The notes: generated by a model from the sequence alone, not told the origin. DNA of 64,000 bases from a virus (IMGVR_UViG_3300013383_000027:19008-83007); one strand, 5' to 3'. Shown: positions 12,801 through 25,558, counted from the first letter of the stretch. Numbers and translations: made by a program.

Positions 12801-15708
12801 TGTACTGAACCCTGAAGTCTGTTCCATCAACGATCTTCCTTCCGATATCAGACGGTCTGAACACATAGTCGGAATGTATGATTGGAGTCTTCCGTCTGTG
12901 ATATGTTGCGGTGCGGATGTGCAGTGTTCCGTCTTCAAGAACCTTCGTAGAAGCAACACCAAGAGTCTGTTTATCGCAGAAATACCCAGCGAAAAGGTAT
13001 CCCGAGCCAACATCTATCCTCGTCGTGTTGGAGTCCTTGTCGACGCCAAGCTGGTATTTCCTCCGCATTTCCGACGGGCTGTAGTCGAAATACTGCCCCG
13101 AGACGAGCACAAGGTGTATTGAGTCACGATACCCGGAACGCACAACATTTCCGTCGGAGTCCGTCACGTCGTCCTGTACGCTTGCCACGGCAACCCTTCG
13201 CGTCGAGTCGAACTCGAAGTCGTAGAACCTTATCAACCTGTCGTTGTTTTGGTCGTTGTAGTTTCCAAGAAGCCATTTCCCGAGAAGCGAATTTACCTTG
13301 CCGTTTGTATCGTTGTCCTTCTCGACGTTGACCTGCGGATACGCTCCAGAATATGCCGGGAATGCAAACGGATGGTGTGCAACCCTCATCCAAAGCTCCC
13401 CCGGAGTCTCCAGCTTCTACGAATACGTCTCGTCTTGTTGGACACTCTTGACGATCATTATGCTGTTGCCGTAGGCGTCGAGACCGTACTTGAACACATC
13501 GAACACATTCTCGTCGTCTCCTCGTTCTGAGGTGATTTCAAGAATCCTGTCCCCGTACTGGTCGAGCTGCTTCGCTATGCGATAAAGCTCCTCGTCCGTC
13601 AGAGAGAGATGGGAGTAGTATCTCTCGAAGTACCCGAAACCACCCTCTCCACGGCTCCTGACGTCATCAATGAAGTTCCTCTTGTCCCTTGCGAAGTCCT
13701 CTACGGCCGGAGGATAGAACATTCCGTCATAGTCGATACACCCGTTCACCTTACCGACGTCATCCGCAAGCACATGTGAACTTTTCTCGTATCTCGACAT
13801 CCATCCACTATAATCCCTAACGTTGTGAAGCCACACGTCGACGCTGTTCCCGTTCGGTCCGATGTGCCTGTCGACAAGTCCCTTCGCTATGTCGTCCTCG
13901 AGGTTCTCGTTCGCGTCGTTGTAGAACGCGTTGACTATCGGGTATGCAAGCTGCGAACTCTCGATGAACTTCCTGAGATAGGGATGAACTTGGTATGAAG
14001 GATGTGCGACATTCTTGTAGTTCGCGTACGGCTGGTATCCGACGTCCTGCCCGTTGAACTTCAGAAACAACTGCTCTGTTCTGGCGTTCGCCTCGTTGTT
14101 CTCTGAACTCAGGATCTGCGGCTCACCGGTGTCCTTTGATGTGAATGAAACACTTGCTCCGAGATCGTATATGACGGTAAGGAAATCGTCTAGATCCGTC
14201 TTTCCGTCACCAACATTCAGTGTGTCAAGATAGTACTTCTCTATTTCGCTTGCCGAAAAAGCAAATCCCGAATTGCCCAAGAAGCCAGAACCAACCTCCT
14301 CCCAGAACCTCTGGTTTGTCGTGTCCCCACTCAACGCAACGCCGTCCGTCTGTGTCTTGATGTTAAAATACTCCGTCGTGTCGTCATACTCAACAACCTG
14401 TATGTTCTCAGAGTCGAAGTTTCTGAGTGTGGAAAGTTCAGGATATCGTAACGCGACATTCTTGACGAGATACTCGTTTATGATGTAGGAGAGTAGCGTG
14501 AATGTTCCACGCATGTGGTATCTCTGAGCCTCTGTCTTTAAACGTTCTCGTATCTCCGAAATCGCGATGCAGATGTCCTTCAAGATTTTTGACGTTTGAA
14601 CGACATACTCGTCGTGGTATGTCCCGTCCCTGGTAAGTAGCTCGACCGTCGGAGAGCTTATCTCGATGTAGTTCCTGTCGACGTCGTATACGCTGGCATC
14701 ATTCAACAGTCCAGCCTGCTTGTCTATAAACGAGGAATATTCGGATTGTATGAAGTCGAAGTACTCCTTGACTTTCTGCTCCCTGTAGTAGGAGTATCGC
14801 GTCTGTAGCTTGTTTGCGTCCGTATCGTTCTCAGACCGGGAGTTCACGATCTTATACTCATCCCTGAAGACGGAGCTTCTCTTCTCGAACTCTATGTCTA
14901 GAATCGTGCGCCTGATTCCCGTATAGTTGTCAAGGAAATCATCCCCTTTGTCTATGTCGTCAGCTATCCTCTGGTTCGAGAATCCCGTTATCCCATGCTT
15001 TAACTTAAGCTGTCGTATCCGCTCGTCGTACGTCTCGTATTTCGTTATCCCGGTATCGTTCTCATATACCAGCTCGCCAGAAATCTGCGACATCACGCTG
15101 ACTTTGTCATATGGATACTGGTACATCATCTTCGTCATCGAGTCGAGAAGACCGTAGAACGCATCCTGTATGTATTTCTCGTACTTCTCGTTATCGACAC
15201 GGTACGAGAATCCAGGAGATGGTCGTTCTTTCCCATCGAACCCAGAAAGCTAGTTCGCAACATCGTCATTTTCCGTGGAGACGAAAAAACCATCCATTCC
15301 GCTCAAGGTCTAGGATGACACGAACTCACGGTCAACATAGAACCTCCTGTTGACAGAGAATATGTCTATGAGATCCAGAACCTCCTGCGGACATGTCTAG
15401 ATTTGATCGAGGATTGCGTACTTAACACCAATCATCTTCGCTATTGACCTGAGAGCCTTAATGCCACATGTGTCTATGTTCGACACGTTGTCAATGTAGT
15501 TCAGGACGTTCTGGTACACCGTATCCCCGACGATGTCACCTATCGCGGAAAGCGTCTCCCACACGTACGTCTCGTTCGTCCTGTTTCCTGACTTAAGGGA
15601 ATCGTATCCCCTCCTGAAGTTCCTGTTGCCGACGAACGAAGCGAGCGTATCGACGTAATTGAAGTCGTTCGAGTTCTTCCTGATCTTGTCCCAGTTTACG
15701 CTTCCCAT
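9853..15708 (-). CDS. Large baseplate wedge-associated protein (T4 gp7 position), 1951 aa, 12 in-frame TAG
   Basis: Seven track ORFs (15397, 13417, 12172, 11545, 11122, 10324, 9853) share one frame; I read the gaps codon by codon and found only TAG. Lies directly downstream of the gp6 homolog. Confidence 0.75.
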
Positions 15709-15718
15709 TTTCCGATCC

Positions 15719-17638
15719 TTAGTACTGCACCTGGTTCAATGTGGTGATGGACTTCTTGATAACCTTCACGTTCACGTCACCATAGAAATTCGGGAACTGA
15801 AACGGCTCGAGGCTCTTCGATGTGTTTGACACCTCCATGTCATCACCTTGATCGACGAATCCACCAGACCATGTTGCGAAGCACAGACCGTTGCGTACGA
15901 CCTGCGAATACTCGTCGTCAGACGAGCGGTATACCGTGCGAATCCTACTGACACCGTTGATTGCGTAAATTTTCGCCATCATATCGTTGTAGTCGACCGT
16001 CTACCCGAGCCTGAAGTTCCCCTCGTCGAAGAACTCCCTGATGATTTTTCTGACGTTGGACTGTATCTGAGAATTCACAAACAGTGCGTTAGAGTCCATC
16101 GTTATCTCGACATACGAACTGTCGAAGGGGTTCGTTCCATCTTCGGTAATTCCTTGCTCGACGAACCTCGCAACGATGTCGTCAGATGCCGCACACAGCG
16201 CAAAGTTGACCGTTATCGGAGGAAGAATGACTGGGTCTGCGGTAATTGTCTTCAGTGCGTCGAACTCGTCGAGCCAACTGTCTGTGTTCGTCAGGTCGCC
16301 GTATGTCTTGACCCAGAGATAGACGTTATTCGAGTCTGAGGCGTCGGACATCCTGTATCCATAGCGTGACATCATGTTCTGGTTGAGATAATACCTTCCA
16401 TTGCCGTGCTTCTGCTTGCCGATGTCGTAAAGCCACTTGTAGAAGGTGGCAAGGTACTCGGAGTTCCCCATACATCTGACATCGATTATGTCTCCCCTGT
16501 GCGAGGAGTTCCTGAGGTAGTACTCATAGTCTCCCTTCGTGACGAGCCTTCCACCAGTCTTGAACCATATCGGGGCGTTTTCGCGTATCTCATCTACCGT
16601 CTCCTCCTCTTTCGGCTGCGTAGCAATCGAGACGCTTCCAACCGACGCACCATTTGTCTGGTCATATATGAGGTCTTCGTCCTGCCCTTCAGATGCGAAC
16701 CCAGGAATCGAGTCGTAGAGCTCGTCCGTTATTCCGAACATGCTGGCGTCATGCCGCAACTTCAGGTCCTGGAGGTCGTCAATTCCTACCTGGATGTCAG
16801 AACCGTTTGACTCAAGGTAGAAGATGTAGACGAGATCCCCCTCGTCAAGCTTCGTGCAGCACGTACCGTCTCCGAACTTGATCTCGTAGTTCTTCTCCTA
16901 GTTCAACCTAATATTGTATACGGCGTCGTTTCCAGTGTATATGGACGGATTCTCGATATCCGTGTTCTTGAATAGGTTGTTGTGTGTAGCCGCAAACGGA
17001 ACCAGCGTGTCCTTCCCAACCTTTTTCACGTAGACGTCGACGAAGCTGTCGGAAACGAACTTTCCGTTCTCCGAGTCTGAACCGATGTTGAGTGTAAATG
17101 TCTCGAAATTGTACCCGGAAGCTGTGAAAACAGTCGGATACAGCTTCCACTTCCCATTGTATGCAACGAAATCAAACTCCTGCTCGTCATTCACGGTGAG
17201 AGACTTTTTCCCGGTCGAGAAGTTTATCTCATTTCCGTCCGAATCGTACATTCCGGTGGAAATCAGCGTATACGGCTTAATCCTACAACCCCTGAACGAG
17301 GATGACATAACATCACCAACGGCATCCATGGTTTCGTTGCTGAAGGAAAGCCTTATTTCGGACGGATTCATCCCCCTCGGATTGTACCCTATCATCGAGA
17401 CGAGCCTGTTTATGTTCTCGTAGACCTGTGTGTCCTTGAACATCGACTCTGATGCGGCGTTGTTCAGCTGGTAGACGAGACACTGGTACATGTATGCTAC
17501 AAGATCTATTAGAACGTTTATGTTCGACCCCTCGTAGATCTGATCCGTGAACCTGCTGTCCTCGGACAGCTTCCGGATTATCAACTCCTTTATTGAATAT
17601 GGTGAAAACCTTACGAAATCTGTACTTTGACCTGCCAT
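15719..17638 (-). CDS. Baseplate wedge subunit, T4 gp6-like, 639 aa (TAG at 16898 and 16001)
   Basis: Motifs LIDLVAYM..YQLN, IGYNPRG, YEIKFGDG and IRENAP..RLVTKGDYE; fused length is close to T4 gp6. Confidence 0.9.
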
Positions 17639-17659
17639 TGCCGACTTTCCACTTTCAGA

Positions 17660-17666
17660 TATTTAC
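17660..17666 (-). promoter_or_regulatory. Late-promoter motif GTAAATA
   Basis: 21 nt upstream of the gp6-like ATG. Confidence 0.65.
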
Positions 17667-17717
17667 GAAAAATTTAACAAGAAAGATGCCAGGTCTTCAG
17701 CACGACACAGAGTTCAC
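17667..17717 (+). mobile_element. 51-bp IS200/IS605-end-like mini-element (imperfect stem)
   Basis: TTTAC|GAAAAATTTAACAAGAAAGATGCCAGGTCTTCAGCACGACACAGAGTTCAC. Confidence 0.75.
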
Positions 17718-17727
17718 ATTTTAGATC

Positions 17728-19785
17728 TCAGTCATTGACTTTGCTAACTTTGTTTGTAGCCTGGTTTTCTATGGTAGCCTTGTTTGACATGGCATCGTTC
17801 TGAAACTTCAATATAAGTGCAATGTTGTTTTTGTTCTCCAGTTCAAGCAGCATAGATTTGGCTGCAGCATCCTCGGAAAAGGACCCTCCAAGATCTTTCA
17901 ACGAACTCACAAATCCATTTCCAAACGAACTATACATATCATCCTTGGCTTTCTCGATTTCCTGTGACGATTTCTCGCGTTCCGCAAGTATTTTTTCGTT
18001 ATTCTTCGCCGTCTCAAGATCTTTCTTCTCTTTTTCAGCTTTGATTTTTTCTGTCATTGCTTTTTTTATCTGTTCTGGGCACTGAACTGTTGGAAATGAA
18101 GTAAACAACTGGCTTATCTAACCACCATAACCCATAGATGCAACCTACATCTGCGCCGCCATTTCTTTGAGTTTCTTCTTCCCAGCCTCATACATCACCT
18201 ATGGCATTGTCTTCATCAACGAAAATATCTTTGGCATTAACTCGATTGCCGTATCTAAAAGATTTAATGGATACGGAAGTGGTAATTCTCCGCCGGTTAC
18301 CGCTGACCAAAGATTTTTTACAATAGAAATCAATGCATTAATCATGTTGAATATAAGCTAAACGAGCAAAGTTGGCAACATCATCATAAGAAGATTGATG
18401 GTCTGCATCATTGACGAAAGGGACTATTTCCATGTATCTGGAATCTAAGCCTTATCCTTCCACTTTTCTATCAACTTCTTCTAGTCGTCCGTCAACGTAG
18501 AAGTATCTGAACTTTTACTTGACATCATCTTTAATATATCTGATATTGGCGATGCAACCGGAGGAAGTGGCAACTTTAATTTCGTAACGCCATCAAACAC
18601 AGGATCCATCATTGATTGCAATTTTTGAAGTACTGAGTCCACATCACCCTTTATATCCAACGACGGAATATTACGCAAAAAACCAGTTACAACAAGAAAC
18701 AATATGCTTTCAAGTTTATCAAAATCCTTCATTAAATCTTGTGGCAGTTTGGCAAATTTCTTGGCGGCATCTTCAAGCATCTGGAAATTCTTCAACTTAT
18801 CAAGTGAAGATACATCCATTTCTTGCACTTCAATTTGTTTTTTGCAAGCTTTTAAGACTTTCTCATTCATCTTCTCAGCCATCGAAGCTGCCTTATTAAG
18901 CGATTTTTCATATGATGAACATATCTATCTAAAAGCAGCCTAAACATTTTGAAGGAATTGTTTTTGAATCCCCTGTATCTGCTTCTGCATGGATTTCATC
19001 TACGCCTGGTTTTTTGCAACCTCATCCAATGTTCCTCCGGATTTGTTAAGGTTGTTAATCTTCGCCGCTATCTCACATGCTTCTGTATCAACATCCTTGA
19101 ATTCATCTGAACTTTCTATTGTCGCAAACAACGACTCTGTCACAGCCCCGGTAGAATACACTATCGGAGGTGTTGATGTATCTGATGTAGCCTTCCCATA
19201 TTCTGTTATATGAACAGAACTCCATTTAATCAACACACCACCGTCATTACTACCTTCAAGCTGATAATTGTAATACGGATATTTTTTATCGGCATATTCA
19301 TTTACACGTTCAATAAACTTGGAAATATCCTAGTTTATCTGTTTCTTTGTGTCTCCAAATTTTTTCTATAACTCCTCCAGTGTAATATTCGAACTGTCTC
19401 CACCTGGGGTCAGCTGTTTAACAAGATAATCATATATTGTAACCTAAAGCTTTGTCGTTATATCGGCGTTTTTCTCGACTTCTGCTACAACATCTTTTGC
19501 CGTAAGCATTTCAAGTTGTTTTTGTAGGTACTTTTTCTGTGCTTCAAGATTTCCGTCATAGTTCTTGGAACATGCGTCTGTTGCCATTTTGGTCAACATG
19601 TCAGCAAGAACCTTTTTGTTCTCTTCTGTTTCAAGGATAGGACCACCGCCGGACTTCACCATTGTGTTTATCCGGTTTTGCATCTGTTCGATATTCTTCT
19701 GTGTCGCCCCATACTTCCGTCTAAAATCGTTCTTGGCTTTTTCTTTGCTGAGATTTGCTTTTACCTATGCTTTCGTAAGTGCCAT
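17728..19785 (-). CDS. Uncharacterised helical protein, 685 aa, 14 in-frame TAG, AT-rich, downstream of the gp5-like gene
   Basis: Frame open except for TAG from ATG 19785 (SD GGAGG) to TGA 17728; joins four track ORFs. Confidence 0.7.
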
Positions 19786-19850
19786 TGTTTCCTCCAAAAA
19801 TATTTTATTTCGCTTACCAAAAAAGGGACCATTTTCAGTAGTTGCCAGCT

Positions 19851-20618
19851 TCAAACACAGTGCAGACCATTAGGAAGCGATACTGCCGTTATATAACCAT
19901 CCGGAACATCCATTGTTACTGTATCACTGATTATTGTTACACCATTTTGACCGGTCTTACTTATACTGCTCTTTTTTGACGTGTTATCCTTTGTGTTGAA
20001 TGTTATATATGGCGATGAAAACTTCATCTGTTTTGATGCATCGACCGTAAATGTCTCCGTCTCAAGCATGATGCTCTTCGTACCATATATCTAGACACAA
20101 CCATTCTCGTCCATTTCAATCTACGCAATCCTCTCTTCATTTGTCTTTGTGTCTTTACAATGGTTCTTTATGGTGACATGCCCAAGCTCCGAAATCATAA
20201 CCGTACTGTTTCCGCATGTTATTTTGTGTACATATGCACCACCACTTGGACCGACCAGGTCGTCTTTTGTCGGGAGTTTTTGTTCACATGTGGCAAACTA
20301 TCCGGCCGAATTTGTAGTACCTGGGCACGCCGCAAAGTACACCGGGAAATTTGGATCTCCATTCTGAAAAAAACACCAGACAACAGAACCTTCGTTTGGA
20401 TACGAAAACATACCATTTCCGTCATTGCATCCACCGAATAAAGGAGAAGCTTGCTCACAATCTGGAAGATTTGTCGCCTTGTCCAAGTTATTGAATTCTT
20501 CGGGATATACGCCAGGAATAAATACTTTTAAAAATCCCTTTCCGTTTTTAGATCTGGCAAGAACCTTTCCACGATAAAACCCAATGAGCTTATTCCCCGT
20601 CGTTGTGTTCTGAGTCAT
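19851..20618 (-). CDS. Baseplate hub/spike protein with gp5/VgrG-type OB-fold, 255 aa (3 TAG)
   Basis: FYRGKV..KVFIPG..P..GSVVWCFFQNGDPNFPVYF is the gp5 N-terminal OB-fold signature. Confidence 0.85.
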
Positions 20619-20630
20619 TTCTCACCCCCC

Positions 20631-21206
20631 TCACTGATGCGTATTCACCACAAGTGTCTTCCTGAACCTTATATCTTCAAGACCCCGTATCTGATAGTAT
20701 ATCTCAAGCCGTACCGTGTTCTCCTCGGTGTCATCCGTGCTCGACGCATTTGAAACCCGTACATTGATGACCCTTGGCTCGCACCTCTGTATCGAGTTCC
20801 TGATGTCGGCCACTATCCTCTCTTCCGTCAGATCCGTTATACCCTCATACAGGAGGGTGTAAATTCCGGTCCCGAACTCCGGATCAAGTACCCTTTCTCC
20901 CGGGATCCACGAGAAAATGTTGTCTATTGCGTTCTGCACAGCCCTTACGTTAACCGACTTGTCTATTGCATAGTTGGACTTGGACAGACCATCCCTGTAC
21001 CACGCCGTCTGGACCTGAAGCGAGTTGTACCGCTCGTCTGTCAGCTCGCTCCCATCGTAGTCTCCAAGCACGTGAAACGGGTATGCTTCTTGTTTCGACA
21101 CTTTCCTTGACGGCTTCGACGTCATATTAAGATCTGTGTAGACCTCACTGTTCTGCCGTTCGAGAAATGTCTTCTTCCTACCAAGCTGAATTACTCTGTT
21201 TGACAT
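20631..21206 (-). CDS. Baseplate wedge protein, T4 gp25-like
   Basis: AIDNIFSWIPGERVLDPEFG..IRNSIQRCEPRV signature. Confidence 0.9.
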   Translation of the reverse strand: MSNRVIQLGRKKTFLERQNSEVYTDLNMTSKPSRKVSKQEAYPFHVLGDYDGSELTDERYNSLQVQTAWYRDGLSKSNYAIDKSVNVRAVQNAIDNIFSWIPGERVLDPEFGTGIYTLLYEGITDLTEERIVADIRNSIQRCEPRVINVRVSNASSTDDTEENTVRLEIYYQIRGLEDIRFRKTLVVNTHQ

Positions 21207-21218
21207 GACTTACCGGAA

Positions 21219-21225
21219 TATTTAC
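21219..21225 (-). promoter_or_regulatory. Late-promoter motif GTAAATA (no mini-element)
   Basis: 12 nt upstream of the gp25-like ATG. Confidence 0.65.
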
Positions 21226-21226
21226 G

Positions 21227-21255
21227 GAAAATGCCCAGGTTAACCTGGGCATTTC
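21227..21255 (-). terminator. Intrinsic terminator after the LRR gene
   Basis: AAATGCCCAGG-TTAA-CCTGGGCATTT. Confidence 0.7.
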
Positions 21256-21277
21256 AATTTTGTGCCGTCTACACATC

Positions 21278-21994
21278 TCACAGTCCGGAGATGAGCGCCT
21301 TCATCTCTGATGATGTGTCCGAACCAACATAGAAACAAACGGTTATATCGGCATATGTCGCTTTCAGGGACTGATTCTTGATTTTCGAAATCACATTGGT
21401 CTTGTACGTGATAGCATCATCCTTAGTCCCGCTCCAGTTCATGACGTTTATCATCTTTAGGGACGGAATGTTCCTGAACGCAGTCTTTTCGAATGCCGTG
21501 GAAGTGAGGTTCTGGGAAAGCGTAATCTTCGCAAGCGCAGTGCAGTTCACGATGGTACCAACACCTTCGAATTCGGTGATGTTCCTTATGTCAAGTTCCG
21601 TCAATTCTGGACAGTTGCGGATCGCATCCTTGCCGAGTGCTGTAAGGCTCGTGACAGGCGAAAGATCTATTTTCGTTATCGCGGTCAGCCCTTTAAAAGT
21701 GCATATCGCCGGAGTCCACGTCGAATCGCCCATGAATTCAATCGACTTGAGGCTCGTGCAGTCCTGGAATGTGCTCGTTCCTCCGATCCTCTTGACGGTC
21801 GCCGGAATCGTGACGCTTTCGAGTTTCGCGCATCCGCAGAAGCAGTACTCCACGAGACTTGCGACGCCTTTTCCGATTTCAACCGCCTTGAGGATGGCGG
21901 CGGAAGCAGGGACGGTCTTCGCCCCGAACCCAATCTCGTCTATCGTATCGGTGACATGTTTGGAATTATTTACTTTCGTCGCATTCCGAAGCAA
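21278..21994 (-). CDS. BspA-type leucine-rich-repeat protein (start codon uncertain)
   Basis: Repeats FCGCAKLESVTIP, FQDCTSLKSI, NCPELTEL, NCTALAKITL; no in-frame ATG near the 5' end. Confidence 0.8.
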   Translation of the reverse strand: MLRNATKVNNSKHVTDTIDEIGFGAKTVPASAAILKAVEIGKGVASLVEYCFCGCAKLESVTIPATVKRIGGTSTFQDCTSLKSIEFMGDSTWTPAICTFKGLTAITKIDLSPVTSLTALGKDAIRNCPELTELDIRNITEFEGVGTIVNCTALAKITLSQNLTSTAFEKTAFRNIPSLKMINVMNWSGTKDDAITYKTNVISKIKNQSLKATYADITVCFYVGSDTSSEMKALISGL

Positions 21995-22103
21995 GCCTCT
22001 CGACGACCTTGCGGGTGAGGATCTTCTTCAGGATCTTCCCTGCGTCGTCCTTCTTACCCTCGCCTATCTTCCGTATCAATTCCTTGATGTCCTCGTTCTT
22101 CAT
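21966..22103 (-). CDS. Small 45 aa protein MKNEDIKELIRKIGEGKKDDAGKILKK...
   Basis: ATGA overlap with the upstream gene, ends TAA; below the track cutoff. Confidence 0.6.
   Translation of the reverse strand: MKNEDIKELIRKIGEGKKDDAGKILKKILTRKVVERLASECDESK
21967..21973 (-). promoter_or_regulatory. GTAAATA motif overlapping the stop of the 45 aa gene, upstream of the LRR gene
   Basis: Motif match at a gene boundary. Confidence 0.45.
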
Positions 22104-22786
22104 TTGTTCTCAGCCCTGTCAAATATGAGGTTGTAGCCGATTTTGAACCCAACCCTCGGCTTCTGGGTTCCGGACTTGCCCTTCGTCACGTTTCCGCTTT
22201 TGTCTGTCTTGTCCTGCCTGTCGGTGAAATACTGAACCTGAGCCTTAAGTTCCATGTTCTGGATTTTGTACTTGCTTATCTTCACGGCTCGTCCGTTGTA
22301 GTCCGGAATGAAGGTGTCAATGTCGTCAACCCCTATGCCGTCGAACGACTTTTCGCCGGAAAACCACCTGAAGTACTCCTTTATGCCCTCGTAAGACCTT
22401 TCCCTAAGGAGCTTGAGACCTTCCTTGTTGAACTCGCTGATCCTCTCCATTATCTTCTCGGGTTCCTTTATCCCGGAGATGTCTGCGGTCTTGAAATCCG
22501 TGAACTCGAGCACGATTCCAAGCTCGTAATGCCCGGTTCCCCTGAAGAACTTCGCACTAGCCTTCTTCAGGATCTTGTCTGCAACCGAATTGCCATCATC
22601 TGACACTCCGGTATTGATTATGGTCGCTCCGATTTCGCTGTCGTTGAACTGTATTCCAAGCTTCTTAGCCGCGTTTTGAGCAGCAGCGACGTGAAGATTC
22701 AGGAAAATCTGCTCGGATGACGTCTCGAAGCACGGCTTTGTGTCCGCGCTCTATATGTTGGTGTCCGTCTTGATGTTGTCAGCCAT
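22100..22786 (-). CDS. Hypothetical late protein, 228 aa (TAG at codon 12)
   Basis: Readthrough reaches an ATG at 22786, 6 nt after GTAAATA. Confidence 0.7.
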
Positions 22787-22792
22787 TTCAAA

Positions 22793-22799
22793 TATTTAC
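22793..22799 (-). promoter_or_regulatory. Late-promoter motif GTAAATA
   Basis: 6 nt upstream of ATG 22786. Confidence 0.65.
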
Positions 22800-22850
22800 A
22801 GAAAACTTGACGAGAAAGATGCCAGGTCTTTAGCCTGGCATAGAGTTCAC
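22800..22850 (+). mobile_element. 51-bp mini-element (perfect hairpin)
   Basis: TTTAC|AGAAAACTTGACGAGAAAG-ATGCCAGG-TCTTTAG-CCTGGCAT-AGAGTTCAC. Confidence 0.85.
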
Positions 22851-22857
22851 CTTCCTG

Positions 22858-25545
22858 TCAAGACTTGTATGCGCTGTCGTTGGCGGTTGCAACAACAGTA
22901 CCGTCGCTTCTCCTGATCTCCTTGTTCGGGTTGTCAGACATCCTCTTGAGCTTCTTGTTGGGGACGATGTATAGATCCTTCCGGTCTCCTGGATTCCTCT
23001 CCTGTTCGGAACCGTCCTGTTTTGCGTCACCGGTTTTGTCGGCATCGTTCTCCATGGTGAACGGATCCGGGAGAATGAGTACAAACGTCATCGTGTATGA
23101 GTCACCGACCGGGATTTCCTCCGGCTGGTTGACCTCGTTCTCGCCGATGTCGAACGGCTTGACCCATGCGTCAATGAGTGTCTCGACCCTCTTGTTCCTG
23201 CTCCTGTCGCGGTTGTATCCGAGCGAAACCTCGAAGAGCTCGCCTGGTCTGCCCTTCCTGTTAGTCGGATTGCACTGGAGGACCGAGACCGCATCGTCGT
23301 GGTTTCCGAAAGTCCTGTCGAAAACACCCTCGACGACATCCGTGGTGAAGAACCTGTTACCCTGCGTACCCCTGAACTCGGTTCCGTCAAGATCCCGCTT
23401 GGCGATGACTATCGCGGCATACTTCTTCGCGAGAATGGCATCATGCTAATCCTTTCCGCCAATCTGGTGGGCGGTCATGTAGTCGACGACGCGCTGTGAC
23501 GTCGTGACTGCCGCATACGGGGAGGCTTGCCACATCTCGTCTCCAGTTCCCTCCCTTGCCGCCTGAATCAGGTTGTTCCTGATTTCGGTGTTGTATGCAA
23601 TGATTTCGTTCGGGATGTCGCCAGTGTGCTGGCTCTGGACTCCTGGTGCCAGTGTAGACGAACCCTCTATGACGCTCCGGACGACTTCGCGTATCTGCTC
23701 CTCCTCGTTCGTCTTCTCGTCGCCGGTGAAGTACGTGCCAATTCTCATGTTGAGGCTCACGCTTCCGACGTCAAGCGACCTCTCCTTTATCGTGTCATAG
23801 ATGGCGTTCTGGAACACCTTCAGACACTTTGGCTTGAGCTCCTTCTGAGTCTTCTTCAGGAGCTTCATCTTCTCAACCTGCGCGTCCACGACCTTCCGAA
23901 CCTTTGCATCGTCATCCTTGTTGCCGGTGATGTTCGCATCTCCTAGCTTCATCTGCTCCGCCGTGGGTTCCGGAGTGTCGACCGAACCATGTTCGGCATC
24001 GGTCTCGTCAAGACCGAGTTCCTCAAGAAGAAGCCTGCAGATGACATTGAAAACCATTTCCTGTTCCGATTCGTTGAGTTTCCCACCATTGACCCTCCGC
24101 TTCACGGCGAAATGGTAGACGACCTTGCCCTCCCTCTCAAGGTCGAACGCAAGCTTTGAATCGTTGAGATTCTTGAACTCGTCACTTTTGACATAATCCT
24201 CCGTCTTAGATACCTCAGGAGCCGCGACATCCATCCCAGAGAACTCCTTGTCAACCTGCTCCTTCAACTTCTCGACAACCGTCTTCAGAGTATCCTAGAC
24301 GTTTTTTTCATCGTCAGCATTGTTATCACCACTTTCCGCGCTGTCACCTTCAGCTTCCTTCAGGCTCTTGGATTTCTTCTTGGCGTCCCCACCCGTTGTC
24401 TTTTGGTCATATGATGACGTGTACTTGTCGTTGTCGTCGCAGTTCTCTATCTTGATGACCTCCTTCGGGTCGACCTTATTCCAATCGACACCCTTATTCT
24501 CAGCGGTTCCAAACGCATCTGTACAAATCTGCGCAATCATCTTCTGTCCGTATTTCGGGTAGTTGGGGTCCCGACTGTCGACCATTATGGAGACCGAATA
24601 CTCGGACTTGTCTATCTCCGATTTGTACTGCGGTGTGTTCTTTCCACGACGATTCAGGAACGTATTGAGTTCTCCCCTCTCCCAGACCTTCACGTGAACG
24701 TCTGAATTTGGATACCTCTTGTCAAATATGTTTCTGATATTGTCAGGGGCTGTCTCAACATTTATGTCGTGTTTCCCGACGAGCTGCTTCCATTGTTCCT
24801 TGTCAAAAATCTTCCCTATATTCACGGGTTTTCCGTAGACGGTAACCTTAATGCTCTTGAGGTCCGACCACACATCGTCGAACCATCCGCGCTTGCGCCC
24901 CCCAAACGAGTTGCTTACCGCTCCGTTCTTATTGTCGTCTGAAATATCGAACTTGTACTTTACGGAATAGCCTATCGTTTTGTCGCTTGTCCCGATATCG
25001 CCGGAATCGTCCTGCGTCTCTTCATTTCCCTCTGCGCCAACCATCGGCTCTGTCGCCACGTTATCTTCCGTTTTTTCATTGGTCTCATCTTCAAACAACA
25101 AATTCAAGAACCCACGGTTCATGAACTATGCGTAGGACTCTGACGCCTGGGTTGTTTCGGTCTCCGTACCTTTTTGTTCTTGTTTCTCTGATATTTCCCG
25201 ACTGTTCTGTGAGGTTTCGTCCCCCTCGTCACCGCCTCGGGCATCCAAGATTGGAAGAAGCATCTCCCCCTTGACGTACTGGGCTTCATCCCCTCCAACA
25301 AAATATGTGGTGTATTCCCTGACCGCATCAAGAAACACAGATTTCTGCGGCACGTTTTCCTCGTCCTTCGCCTTCATCACGATTTGGTATTCATTATTCT
25401 TCGTGTAGATGAGAGCGTTGGCGTCATCGTTGATCATCAGATTATCGATGATGACGTCTGGCGCCTTGCCCGACGCCCGTTCCTTCGCAACCTTGTCAAG
25501 TTGGAGGATTATGTTTGGAAAACTTACTGAAACATCCTTTGACAT
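22858..25545 (-). CDS. Hypothetical late/virion protein, 895 aa (TAG at 25126, 24295, 23446)
   Basis: Four track ORFs in one frame separated only by TAG; ATG 6 nt after GTAAATA; ends TGA. Confidence 0.7.
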
Positions 25546-25551
25546 CCGACA

Positions 25552-25558
25552 TATTTAC
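25552..25558 (-). promoter_or_regulatory. Late-promoter motif GTAAATA
   Basis: 6 nt upstream of ATG 25545. Confidence 0.65.

Noticed and set aside
9853-15708. Introns or inteins explaining the gaps between track ORFs
   Set aside because: The gaps are in frame and read as ordinary protein; no splicing, intein or endonuclease motifs seen.
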